A stretch of DNA of 64,000 nucleotides from an uncultured Pseudomonadota bacterium (GTDB taxonomy: Bacteria > Oederibacteriota > Muellerivitia > Muellerivitales > Muellerivitaceae). Positions 39,093 through 49,079 of this stretch are shown here, in pieces (position 1 is the first letter of the stretch; the number at the start of each line of letters is the position of its first letter). Under the pieces are notes generated by a model. That model was not told the DNA's origin, searched no databases, and saw only the letters and a list, made by a program, of their open reading frames with translations. The stretch is taken from the NCBI GenBank assembly GCA_963836235.1, contig CAWIIP010000002.1, positions 1,184,001 to 1,248,000 on the forward strand, read 5' to 3'. Position numbers and translations under genes: made by a program.

Positions 39093-39980
39093 ATGGCCGA
39101 CTTCAAGAAACGTATTTCTGAGAATATGAATGGCGAGTTCTTCGTCGATTCCACCTGCATCGATTGTGATACTTGTCGGCAATTGGCTCCCGACATTTTT
39201 GAGGACACTGGCGACAGTTCCTTCGTCCAGTCCCAACCCCAAACCCCGGAAGAAATCCGGGCCGCCACCCAAGCCCTCCTCGCCTGCCCTACCGGCTCCA
39301 TCGGAACCCTCCATCCCAATCATTCTTCCGAAATTATGAACGATTTCCCCATACCCGTCGAGGAGGGCGTCTTTTATTGCGGCTTTAATTCCGCCAAATC
39401 CTTTGGCGGCAACAGTTATTTCATCCAACACCCGGAGGGTAATTGGCTGGTGGACTCCCCCAAGTTCCTTCCCCATCTAGCGCGTCAGTTCACCGAAATG
39501 GGCGGTATTCAATATATCTTTTTGACCCATCAGGACGACGTCGCCGAGGCCGCCCAATACGCGGAAAAATTTGGAAGCCGAAGGATCATTCACCAGAAGG
39601 ACAAAGGCGCCCAACCGGACGCGGAAATACTTATCCAGGGAATGGACTTGGCCGAACCGGTACGGGGTTTCAAAATCATCCCCACACCCGGCCATACGGA
39701 AGGGCATTGCGTTCTTCTCTATCGGGATAAATTCCTTTTCACCGGAGACCATTTATGGTGGAAGCGTAAGCGCAAACAATTGGGCGCCTCCCAAAACGTG
39801 GCCTGGTATTCCTGGCGTAAGCAAACCGAATCCATGGAAAGGTTGTTAAGGTTCGATTTCGAGTGGGTCCTGCCGGGACATGGGCAGAAGATCCATCTCC
39901 CCCCAAAGGAAATGCGGGGGGAATTGGAGGCACTGGTCAATCGCATGAAAGCTTCGTTGAAACCGGGGTGGAAACCCTAA
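39093..39980 (+). CDS. Ferredoxin-MBL-fold fusion hydrolase
   Basis: CIDCDTC...CP; THQDD, PGHT, TGDH, PGHG. Confidence 0.88.
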   Translation: MADFKKRISENMNGEFFVDSTCIDCDTCRQLAPDIFEDTGDSSFVQSQPQTPEEIRAATQALLACPTGSIGTLHPNHSSEIMNDFPIPVEEGVFYCGFNSAKSFGGNSYFIQHPEGNWLVDSPKFLPHLARQFTEMGGIQYIFLTHQDDVAEAAQYAEKFGSRRIIHQKDKGAQPDAEILIQGMDLAEPVRGFKIIPTPGHTEGHCVLLYRDKFLFTGDHLWWKRKRKQLGASQNVAWYSWRKQTESMERLLRFDFEWVLPGHGQKIHLPPKEMRGELEALVNRMKASLKPGWKP

Positions 39981-40013
39981 GGGGATGTTAAAAGATTTTC
40001 GTGTTGAAAATCG

Positions 40014-41042
40014 TCAATATTTTATCGTCTGTATCTTGTCCTTCACCTGGGAAAGAAAAGCTTCCGGCAAGGGCCCATAGCAAAGTTCGGGTTCCTTTTT
40101 CTGGCCGTCGGTAAAAATCCAATTGAGAAAATCCATCAAGGCCTGGCCTTTCTTGTGGTCGTGATAAACCCCCAGGTAATCCTGGTAAACCAAAAGATAG
40201 GAAAAAGCGCAAAGCGGATAGGCGCCTTTCGCCCGGGAACGGGTGAGATTGACCTGAAAATCCTCCGGCAAGTTGGGGAAATCGGAGGCGGTCGCCTCCA
40301 AGGAATCCACCGACGGGGCCACAAAATGGCCCGCCGCGTTTTTGAGCGCCGCCACAGGAAGGCCCTTTTGGCCCGCGAAGGAAAAATCGACCGCCGCGAT
40401 GACGCCAGGCCACAATCTCATTTTCTCCAAAATCTTATCGTTGCCTTTTACCTTTTCTCCCAGGGGCCAATGCAATTTCTTCTCTTTTTCCCGTTTCGCC
40501 ATCCATTGGGGGTCCAGGCTGGCGAGGTATCCGGGGAAAAGATCATGAAGGCTGCTTTCTTCCTCGCGGTGAAGGACCCGGATATCCATATCCGGCAGGG
40601 TGATTCCCGGGTTGAGTTCCTTGATGGCGATGTTGTTCCATTTTTTGATCGCGCCCAGGTAGATATCGGAAAGAACCCCCGGGGTCAGTTTTAACCCCGT
40701 CGGCACCCCCGGCAGGTTATAGGTGATGGCCACCGCCTCCAAAGCCGCGGGCAAATGAAGAATAATCCGCCTCATCGTTTTTTGTTCCTCCGGATCCGTC
40801 AAAGGGGTGTCGGTGGAAGAAAAATCCGAGCCATGGTCCAGGGCTTTTTTCACGCCCTCATCCGAATCTTTGGCTTCATACTTTATTTTCACGTCCGGTT
40901 GTTCCTGGGCCCGGTCTTGAATCCATTGGAAATACAAGGGCGCCGCCAGGGTGGAACCCGTTCCCTTCAAGGAAACGGCCGCCATAGCCGCCGAAGCGGG
41001 CAAAAGCGCAAAAAATAACGGAACTATCTTTTGAAATTTCAT
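40014..41042 (-). CDS. pstS: Phosphate-binding protein PstS-like (divergent)
   Basis: GTGST, YNLPG, IY.G.IKKWN...ELNP, AYP...FSYLLV. Confidence 0.7.
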   Translation of the reverse strand: MKFQKIVPLFFALLPASAAMAAVSLKGTGSTLAAPLYFQWIQDRAQEQPDVKIKYEAKDSDEGVKKALDHGSDFSSTDTPLTDPEEQKTMRRIILHLPAALEAVAITYNLPGVPTGLKLTPGVLSDIYLGAIKKWNNIAIKELNPGITLPDMDIRVLHREEESSLHDLFPGYLASLDPQWMAKREKEKKLHWPLGEKVKGNDKILEKMRLWPGVIAAVDFSFAGQKGLPVAALKNAAGHFVAPSVDSLEATASDFPNLPEDFQVNLTRSRAKGAYPLCAFSYLLVYQDYLGVYHDHKKGQALMDFLNWIFTDGQKKEPELCYGPLPEAFLSQVKDKIQTIKY

Positions 41043-41246
41043 CCGGCCTCTCCTTGGGTTGGGCTCTATCCACTGACGACCGAGATTGCCATGGCCAAAA
41101 CCGACCGTCAATGAAAATTCTAGGCCGCTTTTCCCAAGGAAGGGGAAAATCACTACAATTCCCCCTGAAGCCGCCTCCTCAATCCCCCCTTTGCCAAAGA
41201 AGACCCTGATCGTATGATGTTTACATATTGAGGCTTATGGAGAATC

Positions 41247-41969
41247 ATGAAAACCTACGATTATGAAAAACTGAACCAGGAATTCGAGGCGAAATCCGCC
41301 GGGGAGATCATCCGCTGGGCCGCGGACGAGTTCGGTCCTGACTTGGCGATGTCGACTTCTTTCGGCGCCGAGAGCGCCGTATTACTCCATTTGACCACCC
41401 AAGTGAACCCGGATATCCCCGTGCTCTTCACCAATACCGGTTTCCATTTCAAGGAAACCCTGGAGCACCGGGACCTGCTGGTAAAGCGGCTCAAATTAAA
41501 TCTGCGGGAGTTAAAACCCGAAATTCCAAACGATCAATTCCTGGCCCAATATGGAAAGCTTTATGAAAGGGACCCGGACGCCTGTTGCGCCATGAACAAG
41601 ATCGCCCCTTTTGAGGAAGGCCTGAAGGATTACAAGGGCTGGATCACGGGCATCCGCCGCAACCAAGCCGATACCCGAAAGTCCTCCAAGTTCGTGGAGA
41701 ACTACCGGGACCAGTTGGTCAAGGTCAGTCCGCTCTTGACTTGGACGGCCAAGATGTTGGGAGATTACGCCAAGAAATATGACCTGCCTTATCATCCCCT
41801 GTGGGAGAAAGGCTATTTTTCCATCGGCTGTTCACCGGAAAACTGCACCCGCCCGGTCAAATTGGGGGAAGATCCCCGTTCGGGGCGGTGGGCCGGCACG
41901 GGTAAAATTGAATGCGGAATCCATACCTTCATGCAGAACGAAAAGCCTGAAAAGACAGAAAAACCTTAA
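41247..41969 (+). CDS. cysH: PAPS/APS reductase
   Basis: TSFG, CC...K, SIGC...CT, RSGRW, ECGIH. Confidence 0.92.
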   Translation: MKTYDYEKLNQEFEAKSAGEIIRWAADEFGPDLAMSTSFGAESAVLLHLTTQVNPDIPVLFTNTGFHFKETLEHRDLLVKRLKLNLRELKPEIPNDQFLAQYGKLYERDPDACCAMNKIAPFEEGLKDYKGWITGIRRNQADTRKSSKFVENYRDQLVKVSPLLTWTAKMLGDYAKKYDLPYHPLWEKGYFSIGCSPENCTRPVKLGEDPRSGRWAGTGKIECGIHTFMQNEKPEKTEKP

Positions 41970-42463
41970 AACTCCCAGGCGTAAGCTGCTCCTACCCCAT
42001 CCCGCCGGGGGCCCATCGTGGTTTGAATATTTAAAGCGGGGCGCCCCAGTAATTCCAGGGTCAACAACGTGGCCGTGTGGGTTCCCACCGCGATCCAGGC
42101 CCTTTCCCGCGTCGAGGAGTCCGAGGCCCGCAGAAGTGTCACTACCGGGTAGATGGTTTTAGCGCACCCGGCCGCGTTCACCAAAAAAAGCCCCGCATCG
42201 TAATCCTTGGCGGCGAAAAAAAGGGTCCATCCCAAACTATCCACCCCTGCGACGGACCAAGCGTAAACATCGGCATGGTCCTCAAAAGCCTCGGTATAGG
42301 CCCAACCATAATAATCGGCCAGAACGACGGGAACCGTCACTAGTTCATTGGCCGCGCGGACCGGCCTCGTCGTTAGGATCAACCCTAAAACGAGCCCCCC
42401 TACAGCCCTGAAAAAAAAACGGCACCTCCCACTTCGACCGGTGAAAACGGAAAGTTTGCTCAC
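41966..42463 (-). CDS. Hypothetical protein
   Basis: ORF coupled to its upstream neighbour; signal-like segment. Confidence 0.55.
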   Translation of the reverse strand: MSKLSVFTGRSGRCRFFFRAVGGLVLGLILTTRPVRAANELVTVPVVLADYYGWAYTEAFEDHADVYAWSVAGVDSLGWTLFFAAKDYDAGLFLVNAAGCAKTIYPVVTLLRASDSSTRERAWIAVGTHTATLLTLELLGRPALNIQTTMGPRRDGVGAAYAWEF

Positions 42464-43125
42464 TCATCATCCTCGGGAGTCGGGGTAGGCGTCGGCGACG
42501 GGGTGGACGTGACGGTTGCTATAGGTGTAAAAGTAGGAGTCAAACTCGGCGAGATCCACACAACATTTACCGGCAGGTTGACAATAGGATAAATATAAAT
42601 AAAGACGGGATAATCGGAATTGACGTCTTGGCAATTTTCCCCTTCGTTCCAGACATAAATGGGAATACTCACTTGGTAACAATCGGTGGTCATTTCGTCC
42701 CCGTAAGGCCTGGCTCTTTGACAAGCATTGTTCATGGGGATGACGACAATGGAGACGATTTGCCGCGTCCAATCAATCAAGGGTTTTGAGTTTTGAGATA
42801 CGACCTTATTTTGATCCAGTTGGACCGTGAGTCCGGTCCACCATTGGTCAAAGGTCGCCTGATCAGTCATAAGCCCCCCACCGGAATGAATAAAGGGGGA
42901 AGCTGATCCGATTGAACCCTGAATTAACCGGTGGGGCAGCACATGGGGAGTGCATTGGTCAACGATGCTGCGGTTAAACTGATCCACTTGGCCCGGCGGC
43001 TGAACCTGCACCTTCGTGTCACTGATATCCACGCAACCTGCCTGCCATAAGAGAGCCAGGAAAAACAATCCGTAAACCAGTATGAATTTCCACGAAAAAT
43101 AAGGGGTTGGTTTTTTTTCTTTCAT
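42460..43125 (-). CDS. Hypothetical lipoprotein
   Basis: Lipobox QAGC, PT-rich tail. Confidence 0.65.
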   Translation of the reverse strand: MKEKKPTPYFSWKFILVYGLFFLALLWQAGCVDISDTKVQVQPPGQVDQFNRSIVDQCTPHVLPHRLIQGSIGSASPFIHSGGGLMTDQATFDQWWTGLTVQLDQNKVVSQNSKPLIDWTRQIVSIVVIPMNNACQRARPYGDEMTTDCYQVSIPIYVWNEGENCQDVNSDYPVFIYIYPIVNLPVNVVWISPSLTPTFTPIATVTSTPSPTPTPTPEDDE

Positions 43126-43172
43126 GTTTCAATTCCGTTTGAATTTTATGCCAAAAGCCTCCCCGCCCGCCC

Positions 43173-44759
43173 TCAACCAGTGAAATCCCCCGCCGGATTT
43201 TCACTCCGCACCGGGCGGCCGTCCAAGAGAAAAACTTTCCCTTCGGACAGGATCCATTCCACTTCGGTAAACTTCTGCCACCGGGCGGCCAGTTTCCTGG
43301 TCAGCTTGACCATGTCAAACAGCTCGAACCCCCTCAGGGGGAAAGAGGACGGAAAATAATTCCAAGGCGTGTCGATGAAGCCCTTGAACAGGTTTCGTTG
43401 GGGCGTCAACCTCAGGATTAAGACGTTCCCGGCAGGCAAAGAGGTCACCCGAATTTCAACATCCGTCAATTTAAACCCTTTGGCGGGAAAGGCACGGCAA
43501 AGGCCTACCGCCGAGACTTTCAGGGCCTTTTGAACGATGAAATGGCGTTTAGCGACGGGATTAAAAACCGCCCGGATGATTTGCTCGGTGGAAAGGGGTT
43601 TTAAAGCCTGAAGGCTGTTTTTCTTGGACCCAGAGGCATCCGAAGGCCTCAGCCAAAAGGGCCCCTCGCCCAAGTCGCTCAAGGCCTGCCGCACAACCTC
43701 CTCCCCCCGGTTGCGCGGAATCCCCCCGGTGATGAATCCAGGGGATGTCTGGCCGCCTAAGGGTAAAAGCTCGCTCAAACGCCCCGCCAATTTGCCGTAA
43801 CTGTCCCCATGGCCCTCCGTCAGGTTCAAAAGCCAAACCCTTGGCGGATTCAAGGTGCGCCGGTAAGCCCCCACCAAAATTTCCACTTGAGGGGCCATCC
43901 AGGCGCTGACGGCGGCTAAGAGCCCACCGCTGATCAGGTCCGGGAGATAATGAAATCCAAGAAAAAGGGTGGAGAGCCAGATGCCGATGGTCAAAGGAAT
44001 TCCCCAAAGCAGGGACCGGCGGTCATGGGCCATTTGCCAAAAAAGGAGATAAGCCGAGAGGGCCCCATGAAGGCTCGGGAAAACATCGAAACGGGAACCA
44101 AGACTGACGATCAAAAACTCGGCTCCTTTGAAGATCACTCCGCCCTGAAGCCAGGTCCATTCTTGGGGATAGGCGAAACGGGGTCCGATGGCCGGATAAA
44201 CCAAGTACCCCAGAAAACCACCGATATAAACCAGGATGAGTCCCAGCATGAACCGCTGGTAAAGGGCCCGCCGCAGGTAGCTATGAAAGATCAGGAGGCC
44301 TAAAAGCCAGGCGAACAAGCCCAAATAACAGACGGAAAAAAAGTCGGTCAAGTGGGGACTCCCCATTAGCGCCTGTTGCCAAAGCGAAGGGCCCCGTCCC
44401 ATGAGTTTTAAATCCAGTCCATGAAGGTCAGCGTCGAAAAGCTGTGGATGGAGTACCGGAACGAGAGGCTTCATGAGGCTGTAACAAAGCACCAAGCCAA
44501 GCCAGGGAGCCAGCCCCCGGAGCAGTCCCCAAAGGTCAAAAGGCGGAGGCCTTCGGATCGCCACGAAATACATCCACCCGCTCCAAAGAAGGGTGGAAAG
44601 AAGGGCCTGTTCAAAAGCGGCTTCCGCGCCGATCCTTTCGGCGAAACAAGCTCCCATCGCCAAAAAGAAGAAAACAAAAATAAGAACCGAAGTCAGCAAC
44701 TCGGAAGGGGAAAACACCCACGCGTTTTTCCGGAAGGTGTTGGGAAAAGAGAACCTCAA
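43173..44759 (-). CDS. PAP2/AUR1-like membrane protein fused to a PEP/pyruvate-binding-like remnant
   Basis: PAIGPR, FPSLH, FHYLPD; C-terminal EVEW...GKVFLLDGRPV. Confidence 0.75.
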   Translation of the reverse strand: MRFSFPNTFRKNAWVFSPSELLTSVLIFVFFFLAMGACFAERIGAEAAFEQALLSTLLWSGWMYFVAIRRPPPFDLWGLLRGLAPWLGLVLCYSLMKPLVPVLHPQLFDADLHGLDLKLMGRGPSLWQQALMGSPHLTDFFSVCYLGLFAWLLGLLIFHSYLRRALYQRFMLGLILVYIGGFLGYLVYPAIGPRFAYPQEWTWLQGGVIFKGAEFLIVSLGSRFDVFPSLHGALSAYLLFWQMAHDRRSLLWGIPLTIGIWLSTLFLGFHYLPDLISGGLLAAVSAWMAPQVEILVGAYRRTLNPPRVWLLNLTEGHGDSYGKLAGRLSELLPLGGQTSPGFITGGIPRNRGEEVVRQALSDLGEGPFWLRPSDASGSKKNSLQALKPLSTEQIIRAVFNPVAKRHFIVQKALKVSAVGLCRAFPAKGFKLTDVEIRVTSLPAGNVLILRLTPQRNLFKGFIDTPWNYFPSSFPLRGFELFDMVKLTRKLAARWQKFTEVEWILSEGKVFLLDGRPVRSENPAGDFTG

Positions 44760-44799
44760 GAAAATTCCTTTCTTTAATCACAAAATCAAAGGCCATTTG

Positions 44800-44913
44800 A
44801 ACCACCAAGACACGAAGGGCACTAAGTAAAGCGAAAGATAAAAATTTTTAAAAATAGCTAGAAAATCAATCTTGTTTTTTGCCTTTCTTGGTGCCCTTCG
44901 TGTCTTCGTGGTT
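44800..44913. repeat. Paired inverted repeat of the GxxExxY-flanking family
   Basis: AACCACCAAGACACGAAGGGCACTAAG...CTTGGTGCCCTTCGTGTCTTCGTGGTT; copies also at 52496-52522, 54765-54791, 55204-55230. Confidence 0.85.
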
Positions 44914-44930
44914 AACTGGCTTTTGTTGGT

Positions 44931-45371
44931 TTATCCGGCTTGTCCCGACTTTGGGGAAACCTGGTAGGAAAATTCCAGCAGGTTCCCGTCGGGGTCCGAA
45001 ATCACGCAAAAGTAACCTTTCATATGCCCGCCATAATTAGCTGGTTCTCTCAGGCAGTTGCCGGCTTTGGCTTTGGAGCTGATCTCTTCTACGGGCTTCA
45101 TGTCGGCCAGGCGGAATGAAAAATGCTGGAGGCTGTTGGCCGCTCCCGCCGTGGTTTTAAGCTGAGTCTCCTCGACGAATACCAGCAAGGGGGCGTAAGG
45201 ATTCTCGGAAAATCTCATCCAAACCCATCTTTTCCCATCCCCGTCCTTTTGATCCAAGACCGCGCCCATCCCCAGGTATTCGCTGTAAAAACGGATGGAT
45301 TGGTCCGCGTCCTTCACTTTAAAAAGAACATGGTGCCATTCGGCGTAATGGGATACAAACTCAAGTGTCAA
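44931..45371 (-). CDS. VOC/glyoxalase-family protein
   Basis: HH...V.D...SIRFY, HFSF, DPDGNLLE. Confidence 0.85.
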   Translation of the reverse strand: MTLEFVSHYAEWHHVLFKVKDADQSIRFYSEYLGMGAVLDQKDGDGKRWVWMRFSENPYAPLLVFVEETQLKTTAGAANSLQHFSFRLADMKPVEEISSKAKAGNCLREPANYGGHMKGYFCVISDPDGNLLEFSYQVSPKSGQAG

Positions 45372-45450
45372 GGCTTCAACCTTTGGGGACAGCGGTTGGC
45401 GGTAAGCTTTTGGCTAAAAGCCAAGCGCCAGCGGCTATCGGCTTTATTTT

Positions 45451-46437
45451 TTAAGAAACTATCTTCCAAACCTCGTCCACGAACTTGCTGCGGGCCGCCG
45501 GTTGGTTCAAGCAAGTTTGAATCAAATGGGCTAACGGGGTTTCCACCGCCGACTCGTTTTTCTCCAAGATCATTTCCAGGGTTCTTACGCCTTCCGGCAC
45601 CACATTGCCTAATTTTTCCAGGGCCTTTTCATAGCCGATGCCTGAGGCCAGATATTCCCCCAGCTTGCGGTTGTGGGAGTCCGGTGAAAAACCCGTCGTG
45701 ATCAAGTCCCCCAGTCCCGCGAGGCCGTCCAAGGTCTTTTCCTGGGCGCCCAGGGTAACCGCAATTTCCTTCATTTCTTTGAGGGCCATAATCAGAAAGG
45801 CGGATTTTAGATTGGGGCTTCCATGATTCAACCCGTCCAAAAGGCCGAAACCCAAGGCGTAAATATTCTTGAGAACCCCCCCCAATTCCACTCCCGGCAG
45901 GTCCCCTGAGGTTTCCACCCGAAAATAAGGATTGGCCAGGGAACCCGCCGCCTTCTGCAGACAGGAATGGTTGGTCCCGGCGATCACAACGGCCGTGGGC
46001 CTCTTTCGGGCGAACTCATTGGCGATCGAGGGACCTGAGAGAGCGACATAATGGTCGGGCGTATGCAGGGCCGCCTCGGCGTAAACCTGGCTCATTCTTT
46101 TTTCGGTGGAAGCCTCCAAACCTTTGGAAGTTCCCAGCACCACCGCTTGGGGCATGGAAAAGGGGGAGAATTCCTTCACCACCTGCCGGAAATAAAGCGA
46201 GGGGGTGGCAATGAGGATCAGCTGGGCTTCCCGGACCACATGGTTCAAAAGATGGTCGGCGGTCACGCTGGAAGGCAGGGTGATATCGGGAAGGAACCGG
46301 GAGTTTTGGTGGTTTTTGCGGATTTCCTCCACCACCTCGGGCATATGGTCCCAACAGGTCACGGTGTGCCCATTGTCGGCGAGAAGGCAGGCCAAGGCCG
46401 TTCCCATATTCCCCGTGCCAATAACGGCGGTTTTCAT
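45451..46437 (-). CDS. gpsA: NAD(P)H-dependent glycerol-3-phosphate dehydrogenase
   Basis: GTGNMGTALA, SKGLE, LSGPS, GGVLKN, GLGDL. Confidence 0.93.
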   Translation of the reverse strand: MKTAVIGTGNMGTALACLLADNGHTVTCWDHMPEVVEEIRKNHQNSRFLPDITLPSSVTADHLLNHVVREAQLILIATPSLYFRQVVKEFSPFSMPQAVVLGTSKGLEASTEKRMSQVYAEAALHTPDHYVALSGPSIANEFARKRPTAVVIAGTNHSCLQKAAGSLANPYFRVETSGDLPGVELGGVLKNIYALGFGLLDGLNHGSPNLKSAFLIMALKEMKEIAVTLGAQEKTLDGLAGLGDLITTGFSPDSHNRKLGEYLASGIGYEKALEKLGNVVPEGVRTLEMILEKNESAVETPLAHLIQTCLNQPAARSKFVDEVWKIVS

Positions 46438-46483
46438 AAAGCCCCCTCAAGGTAAAAAGCGGGACTATTATAATTCAGCGGGG

Positions 46484-47059
46484 CTAGGAAGCCTTTTTTA
46501 TCTTTGCTTTGACCTTGCCCGGTTTCCCGGGCAGGCCCAGCGCCGCGAGTATCTCCTGGGCGATCTTCTCGGCGGATTTCCCTTGGGTTTTCACCGAGAG
46601 GTCGGCGTATTTATCGAAGAGAGGAGCTCTTTCCTGGAAAAGGGCAGGCAGGCTGTCGCCGCCGTGGCAAACCACCCCCCGGTTCGACCAATCGGGAAGG
46701 CGTTTCTTTAAGGTAGCCAGGGAAGTGTTCAGAAAAATCCGGGGCCCCAAGCTTTTTAAATGGTTCATTCCCTTGGGGTAATAGACCGCGCTTCCCCCGG
46801 GCGAGATCACACAATGCCAGTTCCGGAGGGCCTGGAGGGTTTTGTCCTCCATTTTCATGAAGCCTTTCATTCCCAGTTCGTCCAAAACCTTCTGCAGGGG
46901 CTTTTTGAACTTCCCCTCGATCAACTGATCCACGTCCACGAAATGGTACCGGAGCTTGGCCGCCAAAATCTTGCCGATGGTGCTCTTCCCGCTCCCGAAC
47001 ATGCCGATCAGGACCAAGTTTTCGGGAAATTCCTTGGGGCGGGAAACGGGGGTTTTCAT
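46484..47059 (-). CDS. aroK: Shikimate kinase
   Basis: GMFGSGKSTIG, DVD, SPGGS. Confidence 0.9.
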   Translation of the reverse strand: MKTPVSRPKEFPENLVLIGMFGSGKSTIGKILAAKLRYHFVDVDQLIEGKFKKPLQKVLDELGMKGFMKMEDKTLQALRNWHCVISPGGSAVYYPKGMNHLKSLGPRIFLNTSLATLKKRLPDWSNRGVVCHGGDSLPALFQERAPLFDKYADLSVKTQGKSAEKIAQEILAALGLPGKPGKVKAKIKKAS

Positions 47060-47168
47060 GGCGAACCTTTCAAGGATGCTGAAGTGCCAGCATTATAACC
47101 TCGAAATTTTTCTTGAAAAGCTTCGGAACCAATGGGACCGGACCGAAAAAGTCTGTTTTACAGTAGGT

Positions 47169-47186
47169 TGTCCACGACGGGGACCC
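47169..47186 (+). repeat. Orphan, interrupted copy of the cassette site in opposite orientation
   Basis: TGTCCACGACGGG-GA-CCC, an exact 18-bp match to the array site read on the minus strand. Confidence 0.8.
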
Positions 47187-47294
47187 ATTCGACGAGCTCA
47201 TGGCAGGCCTTCGCGGCCCCCTGACGAACCATGGTTCTGCCGCCTGATTTTCCAAAACTCCCACATTAGCGCCGAAAAGGGAGTAAGCTTCCGT

Positions 47295-47594
47295 GTGAGC
47301 CAAAAAGTCAGGGTCCGCCTTAAATGGCTGGAACGAAAAAATCCCGGCAGTTATATCAACGGCATCCCGGTGCGTTTTGTCGATGAGGGCGAAAATTGGA
47401 AGTACCGGGACATGTGGGGGCTGGTGATCATGATCGAGGGACAGCCCAATTCGAACCGGGAACAAAATGGGACGGCCTGGTATTTCTCCGAAAAAGCGCC
47501 CCACGAGGATTTAAAGGCGGGCCGGAGCTTTTTCGTCCTGGAAGGGGCCCACGAAACGGCTATGGGTGTTATTAAGGAAGTGCTTTCAAAATAA
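47295..47594 (+). CDS. Hypothetical protein
   Basis: GTG start with AAGGGAG upstream; C-terminal F...EG...A.G.I resembles EF-Tu C-terminal-like small proteins. Confidence 0.55.
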   Translation: MSQKVRVRLKWLERKNPGSYINGIPVRFVDEGENWKYRDMWGLVIMIEGQPNSNREQNGTAWYFSEKAPHEDLKAGRSFFVLEGAHETAMGVIKEVLSK

Positions 47595-47611
47595 TTGAAT
47601 AAAGGCGGACC

Positions 47612-47815
47612 ATGTTCATCAAAGTGTTAGGCGCGGACGGCTGCCAGCATCACATCAATACGGGCCATATTTCCCAGGTGGTTGAGGCTTCGGGAATGCT
47701 GAGGGTGGAGTTTTCTTCCTCCAACGGCGACAACGGAAAATTAAAAACCGTAAGTTTCAATATCACCGACCTGGCGTCCAAAACCGCCCTGCTGGCGGCG
47801 CTTAAAAACGGCTAG
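47612..47815 (+). CDS. Small hypothetical protein
   Basis: 67 aa with RBS-like GGCGGA. Confidence 0.5.
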   Translation: MFIKVLGADGCQHHINTGHISQVVEASGMLRVEFSSSNGDNGKLKTVSFNITDLASKTALLAALKNG

Positions 47816-47950
47816 CCGGCCCGCAGCTCAATGGTTTTGTGACGGGTTCATAAAAAATTAAAGCCCCATCCCGCCCTCCTCCCCTATACTTACCTCACCG
47901 GTTATCCGCCCCCACCTCACCCGCGCCGGAATTTTCCCATCGAGAAGTAT

Positions 47951-48892
47951 GTGATGAAACCGAATTCCATCCGGTATTGGGTTTTCCTCATCGGCCTGGC
48001 GGCCGTGATGCCCTGGGGCTGCGGCAAAAGCAACAGTCCCTCTTCCCCCGCGTCCTCCGCCCCCGCCGTGCCTACCTACCGTTTCGGTTATTATTTCGGT
48101 CCAGGCACCATGAATGTGCCCGTCGGGCTGGCCTTCTCCGGCGACCTTCTCTGGGTATCAAACTCGGGCAATGACAGCCTCCAAACCTGGACCCTGACCC
48201 AGAGCCTCCTCGGAACAATCACCTCCTACGGCACCCCCGTTACCACGATCTACTATCCCGGGCAAGTGGCCGTAGGGCCGGACAGCTATGTCTATATGAT
48301 GGACTCGTTCAATAAGCAGGTAGCTGTTTTCTCGCCCACGGGGATTTTCGAGACGACTTTTGGAAGCGCCCAGCTGGGCGGGGACGTCGGATCCGGCGTG
48401 GCGGTGAACGGGAATTACGCCTACCTGTCGAACAACGCCAGCCCCGCCATCTACCGTTACACGATCGGCGGTTCGGGCCTCGCCAAAACCTTCACCGCCC
48501 CGGTGACCTATGGGACCACGGGCACCGGAACCCTCCAATCGGTCATCTACCTGGCCCTGGATTCGGCCGGTGACCTTTACGCGGCGGACCAGGCATCGCA
48601 ACGGGTGATGATTTACAACGCGGGCGGGGTTTACCAATCGGCGGTCACGGTTTCCGCCACCGCCGCCAACGGCCCCGTCGGGTTGGCGTTGGACTCGCAG
48701 AACAATATCTACGCCAGCATGGCAAACGAACCGGACGTGAGGATGTTCAGCTCCTCGGGCGCCCTCCTGGCCGTCATCGGCGCCGGGGACGTGACGAACC
48801 CCGATGGCTTAACCTTTGACCCCTCCGGCAACCTCTACGTGGCGGACAGCGCCCCCGGCGCCAACAAAGTGGTGGTCTTCCTGAAAAATTAA
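47951..48892 (+). CDS. NHL-repeat lipoprotein
   Basis: Lipobox WGC, P.GLA.D..G.LYVAD repeats. Confidence 0.82.
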   Translation: MMKPNSIRYWVFLIGLAAVMPWGCGKSNSPSSPASSAPAVPTYRFGYYFGPGTMNVPVGLAFSGDLLWVSNSGNDSLQTWTLTQSLLGTITSYGTPVTTIYYPGQVAVGPDSYVYMMDSFNKQVAVFSPTGIFETTFGSAQLGGDVGSGVAVNGNYAYLSNNASPAIYRYTIGGSGLAKTFTAPVTYGTTGTGTLQSVIYLALDSAGDLYAADQASQRVMIYNAGGVYQSAVTVSATAANGPVGLALDSQNNIYASMANEPDVRMFSSSGALLAVIGAGDVTNPDGLTFDPSGNLYVADSAPGANKVVVFLKN

Positions 48893-49079
48893 TCCCCTGG
48901 TTTGGGTAGGTAAATAGGTTCGGCACAGGGGCACTGATGCCTGTTCGGGCATCAGCACACCCATACCCTGTTTCTCGCCTTGCGGGCTCGAAACAGGGGT
49001 TTGGACTTTTTACGGCCCATGAACCATCCTGTTAGCGTCTAAAAGACGTAATCAAATTTTGAGGAATAGGGAGATATCA

